From assembly GCA_963709325.1 (NCBI GenBank), contig CAVPVV010000003.1:4358638-4422637 (forward strand): 64,000 nt of DNA. The letters are read 5' to 3'. Origin of the DNA: an uncultured Acidobacteriota bacterium (lineage in GTDB: Bacteria > Acidobacteriota > Vicinamibacteria > Vicinamibacterales > UBA2999). The notes beneath the pieces were generated by a model. That model had not been told where the DNA came from. It did not search any database and saw only the letters and a program-made list of their open reading frames with translations. The position numbers and the translations under genes are program-made. Shown here piece by piece: positions 54,440 to 62,384 of this stretch. The stretch's first letter is position 1, and every line of letters begins with the position of its first letter.

Positions 54440-55173
54440 TGCTCACCGCCCGCGCCGCGAGCTTGCCGTTGGCCGTCGTGCTTGCCCTGACGCTGCCTGT
54501 CCACGCGCAGGTTCCAGCGGCCCCGCAGGTGCCGGCACCTCCAGCCACGCTCCAACCGCCGGCGCCGGTACCTCCCGCGACGCTCCAACCGCCGGCGCCG
54601 CCGCGGACGCCGCAGGAACGCGGCCCGCGGACCTCGCTCGACGTGCAGGTCGTCATCGTTCGCACGCAAGGCGACAAGGCGATCTCACGCCTGCCGTACT
54701 CGCTCGAAGTCACAACCGGGATGCCCGAATCGCAGTTGAACATCGGTACCGAGGTGCCGGTTCCGACGTTCACCCCTGCTCGTTCTGCAGCCGCAAAACC
54801 CCAGGCTGGCGGGCAGCCAGGTGCCGGAGCCGGCCAACTGCAACCAGCCGCGCCAGCCGATCCGCCAATCGGACTTCCGCAGCCGATCCAGCCGGTTTCA
54901 TACAGATCCGTCGGCACGGTGATCAGCTGCCGCGCCTCGAACGGGGAGGGCGGCCAATACGAGATCGTGCTGTCGGTAGATGACAACGCGGTGCTGCCTC
55001 GTGATGCGGCCCCTTCGAACAGCGGGCCGGACCTGCCGGTGTTCCGAGCCTTCCGCGCCCGCAACACGCTCGTGCTGCGGGACGGTCAGACCCGCACGTT
55101 CACGGCGGCCGCCGACAGGGTCAGCGGCGAAATGGTTCGTGTCGAGGTCACGCTGCGCGTCCTGAAGAATTGA
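54436..55173 (+). CDS. exported hypothetical protein with Pro-rich tandem repeat and secretin-N-like beta domains
   Basis: ATGA overlap with the upstream gene, and a signal peptide. PPATLQPPAPV is repeated twice. The C-terminal pattern TLVLRDGQTRTF...VEVTLRVL is reminiscent of secretin short domains. Confidence 0.7.
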   Translation: MMLTARAASLPLAVVLALTLPVHAQVPAAPQVPAPPATLQPPAPVPPATLQPPAPPRTPQERGPRTSLDVQVVIVRTQGDKAISRLPYSLEVTTGMPESQLNIGTEVPVPTFTPARSAAAKPQAGGQPGAGAGQLQPAAPADPPIGLPQPIQPVSYRSVGTVISCRASNGEGGQYEIVLSVDDNAVLPRDAAPSNSGPDLPVFRAFRARNTLVLRDGQTRTFTAAADRVSGEMVRVEVTLRVLKN

Positions 55174-55183
55174 AGTCGCTCAA

Positions 55184-55903
55184 TCACGCTTTTGACGAGC
55201 GAAGGCGCTCCAGCCGTGCGACGAAGTCGCGAGGGAGCGGTGCCTCCGCCTGAATGGGACTGTTGGTCAGCGGGTGAGGAAAGCCCAGTTTCCACGCGTG
55301 GAGAAACGGGCGATCGGTGCGCTTCGCGCTGGCGGGGGTGCGCGCGTAGACGCGATCGTCGAGCACGGGATGTCCGATCGACGAGAGATGAACCCGAATC
55401 TGGTGCTGCCGGCCGGTCTCGAGCCGGAGTTCCACGAGCGCGGCCTCCCGGCCGAATCGCTCCACGACTCGATAATGCGTGCGTGCGGGCAGCGCGCCGG
55501 GCTTCCCATCGGCCACATCGCGGCGGCCGTCGAGGTACTCGCCCGAAATCGGGCGATCGATGGTGCCCTCAGGCGAATCAGGCACACCTTCCACAAGCGC
55601 CAGATAGATCCGCTCGAAATGGTGAGCCTTGAAGAGAAGACGTCCCGCGGCGTGAACCTCGCGGCTGAGCGCAATCGCCAGCGCCCCTGACGTCCCGCGA
55701 TCGAGCCGGTGCAGGAGTCCGACGTAGGCTCGCTGGCCCTGCTTGTGCTGCGCGTAGGCGCGCGCGCGTCGAAGCACCGAGTCCTCGTGCTCCGCGCGTC
55801 CCGGCGCCGACGGCATCGTCAGCAGGCCGGCTGGCTTGTCGACCACAATCAGGTCGCGTTCGGTGTGAAGCAGGACGAGCCGTTCGCGCGTCCTGCCGCT
55901 CAC
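55184..55903 (-). CDS. RluA-family pseudouridine synthase
   Basis: VVDKPAGLLT and the catalytic HRLDRGTSGAL motif. Confidence 0.88.
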   Translation of the reverse strand: MSGRTRERLVLLHTERDLIVVDKPAGLLTMPSAPGRAEHEDSVLRRARAYAQHKQGQRAYVGLLHRLDRGTSGALAIALSREVHAAGRLLFKAHHFERIYLALVEGVPDSPEGTIDRPISGEYLDGRRDVADGKPGALPARTHYRVVERFGREAALVELRLETGRQHQIRVHLSSIGHPVLDDRVYARTPASAKRTDRPFLHAWKLGFPHPLTNSPIQAEAPLPRDFVARLERLRSSKA

Positions 55904-56709
55904 GATTGGAGGTGCTGGCGCACCGCCTTCAGGGTTTCGATCACCCGCGCCGCGTTACGCGGCCCCATCCGCACCAGGTGCTTCTGTGCCGGCGTCAGCG
56001 CTTCGAGCGCCGGGTCGGCGAATGCCCACGTGGCGCCCTTGCCGTCGACGACGGTAATCGGACCGCTCGGAACAGGTGTGCTGATCAGCACGTCGAGCGC
56101 CTGTTGGACGGCCACGTCCACGCTCGTCTCCGCTTTGCCAAGATTGCCGTAGGCCTCGTTCAGCCGCGGCTGAATGGTCCGGTATGCGGTCGCGACGGCC
56201 GCAGGATCCACCGAGGAGAGAGCGGTGGCAAGGCCGTCGTAGCGCGCGTAACTCGACTCGTCGATCCGCCGCGTGCGTCCGGCCCGCATGGTCGCGAGCG
56301 TGCCTTCCGGTGCCAGGACCCGCAGCTCGCCGGCCGGCGAGGCGCCGCGTGAGACGCGGTCGATCGTCACCGCCATCTGCTGGATGAGGTTATCGGTCGC
56401 GAGCCACGCCGCCAGTTCAGGCCGCGTCGAGAGCCCGCGGAGCAGGGTCCGCAGATACGGATCCATCTGGTCGAGCGGCGGAAGGGCCGGCGCCGACGCC
56501 AGCGGGACGTCAGTGCCGGCCACGGCGCGGGATGCATCGGGCGATGGCGTTGGGCGCTGCAGCGTCCACCAGCGGACGAACGCGCCGCCGCCGATGGCGA
56601 GCGCGATGGCCGCCGCGATGAGCCACGGATTCCAGGCGCGGAGGGCGCGCTCGGGCCCCGGAGGAGGTGTCACGCCGTCACGATCGAGGTCCAGGTCGTC
56701 GACGGGCAT
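55900..56709 (-). CDS. DUF3014-like membrane-anchored protein
   Basis: One TM helix (WLIAAAIALAIGGGAF), then a conserved LDQMDPYLRTLL...PRLNEAYGNLG region recalled from DUF3014. Confidence 0.6.
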   Translation of the reverse strand: MPVDDLDLDRDGVTPPPGPERALRAWNPWLIAAAIALAIGGGAFVRWWTLQRPTPSPDASRAVAGTDVPLASAPALPPLDQMDPYLRTLLRGLSTRPELAAWLATDNLIQQMAVTIDRVSRGASPAGELRVLAPEGTLATMRAGRTRRIDESSYARYDGLATALSSVDPAAVATAYRTIQPRLNEAYGNLGKAETSVDVAVQQALDVLISTPVPSGPITVVDGKGATWAFADPALEALTPAQKHLVRMGPRNAARVIETLKAVRQHLQS

Positions 56710-56794
56710 GGCTCCAGCCTACACCTCGACGGCTGCCGCGCGCATGCGGCTGAGGTGCTTTCTGTCTCTAGCTGTTGCATAACGGAGACATGCG

Positions 56795-56823
56795 TTGACA
56801 CACCTGTGACGCCGCATTACATT
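56795..56823 (+). promoter_or_regulatory. sigma-70-like promoter candidate TTGACA-N17-TACATT upstream of the receptor gene
   Basis: Exact TTGACA at 56795-56800, a 17-nt spacer, and TACATT at 56818-56823. About 70 nt upstream of the ATG. Confidence 0.4.
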
Positions 56824-56894
56824 CGCCTGCAAATCCTAATCGGCATCACCGCCTTGTTGCTTGTGCAGCGTTGGCAGACCAACAGGAGGCGCGA

Positions 56895-59800
56895 ATGTCA
56901 GCAGCAATTAGGCACGTACCGAGATCAGCTTGGCTTGCGGGGGCGTTGCTGTTGCTGGCCGCTCATACGGCGCTGGCGCAGAGTGTGTTCACCGGCTCCG
57001 TGCGCGATACCAGTGGGGCGGTGCTCCCGGGGGTGACGGTCGAGGCAAGCAGTCCGGTGCTCATCGAAGGGACTAAGAGCGCCGTCACCGACGCGAATGG
57101 GTCTTATCGCATTGTCGACTTGCGACCAGGCACTTACACGCTGGTCTTCAGTCTTACCGGCTTCAAGTCGGCACGCTTCGAGGGCGTGGAACTGCGCACG
57201 GACTTCACCGCCACCTTCAACGCCAACATGGAGGTCGGGGCCCTCGAGGAATCGATCACCGTCACCGGGGCGTCGCCGGTCGTGGACGTATCGAGCAACT
57301 CGAAGATCGAGGTGCTCACCCGCGAGGTGCTCGACCAGGTGCCCACCGGGCGCAACATCCAGGCCTACGCGCAGCTGGTGAGCGGTGTCTCGCTCAACGT
57401 GCCCGACGTCGGCGGCTCGCGCGGCATGCAGCAGACCTACATGTCCACCCGCGGCCTCACCTCGGCCAACAACATCGTCACGGTGGACGGCTTGATGGTG
57501 AACGGCCTGGACGGCGACGGCGCCGTCCAGCAGTACTTCAACCAGGCGATGGTCCAGGAGATGTCGTACCAGACCAGCGGCGCCGGTGCCGACGTCTCGC
57601 CGGGCGGCGTGCGGATGGCGATTGTCGCCAAGGACGGCGGCAACCAGTTCAACGGCTCGTTCTTCGCTGGCTGGACGCAGAAGTCGTGGGTCGCCAACAA
57701 CCTGGACGACGACCTGCGGTCGCGGGGACTTGGTAACGCCGGCGGCGTCGATCGCGTCTACGACTTCAACGTCGGCGTCGGCGGCCCGATCAAGCGTGAC
57801 AAGATCTGGTTCTTCGCTTCGGCCCGCGCCTGGTCGGTCGACGCGCCCATTGGCAACACATTCATCACCCCGGACAACCTGTCCTACAACGCCGGCTACC
57901 AGGCCTGCCGCACCGGTGCGATCGGCTGCGAGCCGGGCATCGACGACCAGAGCATCGAGAGCGCGCTGGCCCGATTCACCTGGCAGGTCAGCCCGAAGCA
58001 CAAGTTCTCGGTCTACTACGACGAGATCAACAAATACCGCGGCCACGGCATGAACGCCGGCGACGACCCGAACACGGCGTCGCAGATCTGGACCTCGCCG
58101 CGCTACAACTCGGCCGCGGCCAAGTACACCGGCACGCTGAGCAGCAGCCTGCTGGTCGAGGGCGGATACTCGTTCAACTTCGAGGAGTACGTCATCACCA
58201 ACCAGCCGGGCGTGAACAAGACGCCGTTCTCCCCGGAGTGGTACGCGGGCGCGAGCCGCCGCGACGCGAACCTCACAACGCTCTACAGCGGCCTCGCCAA
58301 CTGGGGCGGCCGCTACCCGGATCGGTTCGCTGCGGCGATGTCGCTGTCGTACATCACCGGGTCGCACAACCTGAAGCTGGGGTTCCAGGACAATTGGGGA
58401 CCCTACATCAACACTCGCGAGACCAACGCCGACCTGCAGCAGGTCTACCTCTCGGGCGTACCCAGCCAAGTGGCGATCTACAACACGCCGATTCGCCAGA
58501 AGGACAGCCTGCTTGCCGACATCGGCCTCTACGCGCAGGACACCTGGACGATGAATCGGCTGACCGTGAACGCCGGGCTGCGCTGGGAGTACCTGAAGCA
58601 GGAAGTCTCGGCGACGACGTCCGGTCAGGGCCGGTTCGTGCCGGAGCGCAGCTTCGACGCAGTGCAGATGCCGGTGTGGAAGGACATCGCGCCCAGGGTT
58701 GGCGTTGTCTACGATCTGTTTGGAAATGCCAAGACAGCGGTCAAGTTCAGCGTCAACCGCTACAACGAATCGCGGACGACGATGTTCGCGAACCGTTACA
58801 ACCCGCTCGCGCTGACCAGCGCCACCTTGAGCTGGACCGATCTCAACACCAACGACATTGCCGAGGGGCCGGTCGGCTGCACCTACCTGACCACCGGCTG
58901 CGAGATCAATTACGCCCAGATGCCGCGCAACTTCGGCGTACGCTCGCTGAACACCGTCGATCCGGACTTCCAGCGCACCTACAACTGGGAGACCACTGCC
59001 GGGGTGCAGCACGAGCTGTTCCCGCGCGTGTCGGTGTCGGCCACCTGGTATCGCCGCGAGTTCCACGACCTCCGCGTCACCGACAACCTGGCGCGCACGA
59101 TGGACGACTACTTCCCGATCAGCGTGGTCAGCCCGCTCGACGGGTCGGTGTTCAACATCTACAGCATCAATCCTGCGCTCCGAACCCTGGTCGACAACTT
59201 CGACACCAACGCCACCGAGGGCTTCGAGCAGGTCTACAACGGCTTCGACGTCACCTTCAACGCCCGTCTGCCCCGCGGCGGGGCGGCGTTTGGCGGGTTC
59301 ACCACCGAGCGGACCACCCGCGTGGTCTGCGGCGAGCCTGACGATCCGAACATGCTCCGCTTCTGCGACGATGCCGACAACGACATCCCGTGGCGTCCGC
59401 AGATGAAGATTTCCGGGACCTACCCGCTCGTGTGGGGCATCCAGATCAGTGGTGCCTTCCAAAGCCTGGCGGGCCGCGCGCTCGGGGGGTATCCGACGGC
59501 GGCGCCGGTTTTCGTCAACAAGATCCAGGGCCCCGGCTACGGCGATGTCGGCAGCCCGGCAGGCACTTCGTGGCTGATCACTCCGACGACGCGGTATGCA
59601 GCCAGCTGCACGGGTCCGTGCCGGCCTGGTGAGCTCGTCGCGCCGAACCTCTCCGAGGCGCAGCTGATCGTGCCGCTGGTCGCGCCCGGCACCGAGTTCC
59701 TGCCGCGGCTCAACCAGTTCGACCTGTCCTTTGCCAAATGGTTCGGTATCGGCGGGTCGCGGCGCGTCCAGGGGCAGCTCGACATCTTCAACGTCTTCAA

Positions 59801-59915
59801 TGCCAACCCCGTGCTCGGTGTGCAGTCGGTGAACTTCGCCACCGCGTCGTACAACCAGCCGAACGCAATCCTGAACGGCAGGACGTTCCGCGTCGGCGCT
59901 CAGCTCCGCTGGTAA
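56895..59915 (+). CDS. TonB-dependent receptor-like outer-membrane protein with N-terminal carboxypeptidase-regulatory-like domain
   Basis: AGGAGG RBS and a signal peptide. CarboxypepD_reg pattern GSVRDTSGAVLPGVTVEA...TDANGSYRIVDLRPGTYTLVFSLTGF. Long beta-barrel ending FRVGAQLRW. Confidence 0.9.
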   Translation: MSAAIRHVPRSAWLAGALLLLAAHTALAQSVFTGSVRDTSGAVLPGVTVEASSPVLIEGTKSAVTDANGSYRIVDLRPGTYTLVFSLTGFKSARFEGVELRTDFTATFNANMEVGALEESITVTGASPVVDVSSNSKIEVLTREVLDQVPTGRNIQAYAQLVSGVSLNVPDVGGSRGMQQTYMSTRGLTSANNIVTVDGLMVNGLDGDGAVQQYFNQAMVQEMSYQTSGAGADVSPGGVRMAIVAKDGGNQFNGSFFAGWTQKSWVANNLDDDLRSRGLGNAGGVDRVYDFNVGVGGPIKRDKIWFFASARAWSVDAPIGNTFITPDNLSYNAGYQACRTGAIGCEPGIDDQSIESALARFTWQVSPKHKFSVYYDEINKYRGHGMNAGDDPNTASQIWTSPRYNSAAAKYTGTLSSSLLVEGGYSFNFEEYVITNQPGVNKTPFSPEWYAGASRRDANLTTLYSGLANWGGRYPDRFAAAMSLSYITGSHNLKLGFQDNWGPYINTRETNADLQQVYLSGVPSQVAIYNTPIRQKDSLLADIGLYAQDTWTMNRLTVNAGLRWEYLKQEVSATTSGQGRFVPERSFDAVQMPVWKDIAPRVGVVYDLFGNAKTAVKFSVNRYNESRTTMFANRYNPLALTSATLSWTDLNTNDIAEGPVGCTYLTTGCEINYAQMPRNFGVRSLNTVDPDFQRTYNWETTAGVQHELFPRVSVSATWYRREFHDLRVTDNLARTMDDYFPISVVSPLDGSVFNIYSINPALRTLVDNFDTNATEGFEQVYNGFDVTFNARLPRGGAAFGGFTTERTTRVVCGEPDDPNMLRFCDDADNDIPWRPQMKISGTYPLVWGIQISGAFQSLAGRALGGYPTAAPVFVNKIQGPGYGDVGSPAGTSWLITPTTRYAASCTGPCRPGELVAPNLSEAQLIVPLVAPGTEFLPRLNQFDLSFAKWFGIGGSRRVQGQLDIFNVFNANPVLGVQSVNFATASYNQPNAILNGRTFRVGAQLRW

Positions 59916-59972
59916 CGCCCGCGGCCAACTTCAGTCCCGGTTCGTGAGGCCTGCCCTGCACGAGCCGGATTC

Positions 59973-60011
59973 GACCCGGAGGATCGCGCGCCTCGATCCT
60001 CCGGGTCTTTT
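59973..60011. terminator. rho-independent terminator between convergent genes
   Basis: Perfect 14-bp stem GACCCGGAGGATCG / CGATCCTCCGGGTC, a 7-nt loop, then TTTT. Confidence 0.8.
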
Positions 60012-60030
60012 GTTAGATGAATGAAGATCG

Positions 60031-62217
60031 TCACCGCAGAGCCTTCTTTGCGGTGACTAAGTTTTGCTTTGCGTCGCCGAAGTCTGGGTCGATGGCGAGT
60101 GCCTGTTCGAACAGCGGAATAGCCTCCCGAATCTGGCCTTGCGACGCGAGCGCGATGCCGAGGTTGTTGAGGGTGCGCGGATCGCGGGGGCGGGAGGCGA
60201 GCGAGGCGCGAAACCGGGCGGCGGCCTCGGCGTGGGCGCCGATCTCCAGCAGCAGGCTGCCCAAGTCGTAGTTGGCGTCGGCGTCGGCCGGGGCAAGGGC
60301 GACGGCCTGTTCGAGCGCCTGCCGCGCTTCGGCGGATCGCCCGGTGGCCGCCAGGGCATTACCGAGATTGCGGTAGGCGAGCACGGAGGCCGGCTCCAGC
60401 GCGATGGCGTTGCGGAATTCGACGATCGCCGGCTCCATTTGACCTTTTTCGGCCAGCGCGGTGCCGAGATTGTTGTGGTTTGCCGCCGACGCGGGCTCGC
60501 CAGCGACCGACGTCGCCAGGTGCGCGGCGGCTTCGTCGGCGCGGTTCTGCGACAAGAGCGCGTTGGCCAGGTTGTAATGCAGGTCGGGGTAGTCGTCGTC
60601 GAGCCGCAGCCCGCGCTGGTAGGCGGCGATAGCGGCATCGACGTCGCCCTTCGCCCGTAGGGTCACGCCGAGGTTGTTGTAGGCCGGCGCGTAATCGGGC
60701 TGCAGCGCCACTGCCTTCTCGTAGCGGCTGACGGCCTCGTCGAGGCGCCCTGCCTCATAAAGCGCGGTGCCGAGGTTCGTCTCGGTGATTGCGCGCATCC
60801 GCGTCGGCGACAACAGCGGCCAGTTGGTTGCGATCGCCGCCACGATGACGGCGGCACCGATCCATGCGCGCCGCGCAGGCGATGCCGGCCTCAAAAGCCC
60901 CGGCAGCGAGACGACGCCGACGGCGGCAAAGAGCAGTAGAAACGGCACCAGCGGGAATCGGTAGCGCGCGAAGACGAAGAACAGCACGACGCTGGCCGCG
61001 TAGACGCCGAAGAAGGCCAATACTGGCCACAGCCGCCGCCGATCCGGCCACATCGCAATCAGCCCGACGAGCGCCAGCGGCACCAGGATCCCGAAGTGCC
61101 CGACCAAGGCGAGCGCGCGGAGCAGCGGTGAGACGTCCTCGTAGCTCTCCTGGCTCTCCGTGTCCAGCATCTCGCTCGCGTTCCACAGCAGCGCGAATTT
61201 TCTGCCCATCAGCACGGTCCAGCGACCGGGCGAGCTGCTGATGAAACCAAGCGCGCGGCCGCGCCAGTACGCCGAGACTTCGCCAGGCGACACGGGGTGC
61301 CCGAGCGCCCGCTCGGCCAGCTCGGTCGCGTCCTGCCGCTCGAACTCCGGCGCGCCGCGCCCCGGCCGCAGCGACATATAGGTGCCGTCGGCTCCGGGGT
61401 TGTTCCCGATGAAGAAATTGGGGCCGAACTGCGACGTCGTCAGGTAGACGCCGCCGTCGACCGCGTAATTGCGTGCGACGACCGGCAGCAGCACGAGCGA
61501 GATCCCGGCCAGGAGTGCCACTGCGGGAACACGAAGCACACAAAGGACGGTCTTTTCCTCGTGTTCTTCGTGTGATTCGTCTCCTTCGTGTTTCCCGCCC
61601 TTCGACACGGCCCAGATGATGGCGACCACCACTAACGCCAGCGCGTTCTCGCGCGTCAGGCTGAGCGCGCCGAGCGCCGCGCCGAGCGCCACCCACAGCC
61701 CCGGGCGCGGGGAGCCGGCAATCAACCGACTCGAGATCCACAGGGTCAGGCACATGAAGAAGACGTCGAGCACGGTCTTCTGCAGCAGCACGTCGAAGAA
61801 GATTGCCGGCGCGCACAGCGCCAGGCCGAGTCCGGCGATCCAGCCGACGCGCCGGGAGAAGAGACGTTCGCCAGCCTGCGCCAGCAGGACCGCCGACGCT
61901 GCGCCGACGAGAGCCTGGACGATGCGGACGATGAGCAGGTCGCGTCCCGCGATCGCGTAAAGCCCACCCAGGAAATACGGGTAGAGCGGCGCCTGGTAGA
62001 AGACGTCCGTTCCGATCCAGTCGCCGGCCGCGAGTCGTGTCGCCCAGGCGTCGTAGCTGCGGGCGTCACCCATCAGCACGTCGAAGAACGGCGTGCCCCG
62101 AATTGCCCACAAATGGACGAGGCGCGCCGCCACCGCGACCCCGAAGACGACCCCGGCCATCATGTCCAGACATGGTAACCGCGCGGCACTTTCGCCTTTT
62201 GTCGCGCTGGCTTGCAT
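60031..62217 (-). CDS. membrane glycosyltransferase-like (GT39/ArnT-like) protein with C-terminal TPR repeats
   Basis: About 11 hydrophobic helices in the N-terminal 470 aa (DARSYDAWA...YQAPLYPYFLG), then at least 7 TPR units (AxxYxNLGxAL pattern). The start could be Met19 at 62163. Confidence 0.8.
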   Translation of the reverse strand: MQASATKGESAARLPCLDMMAGVVFGVAVAARLVHLWAIRGTPFFDVLMGDARSYDAWATRLAAGDWIGTDVFYQAPLYPYFLGGLYAIAGRDLLIVRIVQALVGAASAVLLAQAGERLFSRRVGWIAGLGLALCAPAIFFDVLLQKTVLDVFFMCLTLWISSRLIAGSPRPGLWVALGAALGALSLTRENALALVVVAIIWAVSKGGKHEGDESHEEHEEKTVLCVLRVPAVALLAGISLVLLPVVARNYAVDGGVYLTTSQFGPNFFIGNNPGADGTYMSLRPGRGAPEFERQDATELAERALGHPVSPGEVSAYWRGRALGFISSSPGRWTVLMGRKFALLWNASEMLDTESQESYEDVSPLLRALALVGHFGILVPLALVGLIAMWPDRRRLWPVLAFFGVYAASVVLFFVFARYRFPLVPFLLLFAAVGVVSLPGLLRPASPARRAWIGAAVIVAAIATNWPLLSPTRMRAITETNLGTALYEAGRLDEAVSRYEKAVALQPDYAPAYNNLGVTLRAKGDVDAAIAAYQRGLRLDDDYPDLHYNLANALLSQNRADEAAAHLATSVAGEPASAANHNNLGTALAEKGQMEPAIVEFRNAIALEPASVLAYRNLGNALAATGRSAEARQALEQAVALAPADADANYDLGSLLLEIGAHAEAAARFRASLASRPRDPRTLNNLGIALASQGQIREAIPLFEQALAIDPDFGDAKQNLVTAKKALR
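61525..61596. repeat. CACGAAG-word hairpin element embedded in frame inside the GT39/TPR gene
   Basis: GGGAACACGAAG...CTTCGTGTTTCCC arms. On the coding strand it reads GKHEGDESHEEHEEKTVLCVLRVP with no stop. Codons were checked by hand. Confidence 0.7.
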
Positions 62218-62384
62218 GCCTTCAGATATTGCTGTGCATGCCCGGGATGCATAAGAAATTTGAAAGTTTGACTCGATCGGTCCTCCTGCGTAGGCTGTTC
62301 GAGTTCAGTCGGCGGCGAAAGCGCGTGGCGGCGCTTGTACCTGTCCCCCGGCTCGTTGTCGTTGGTCCGTATCAGGAGGCGCGA

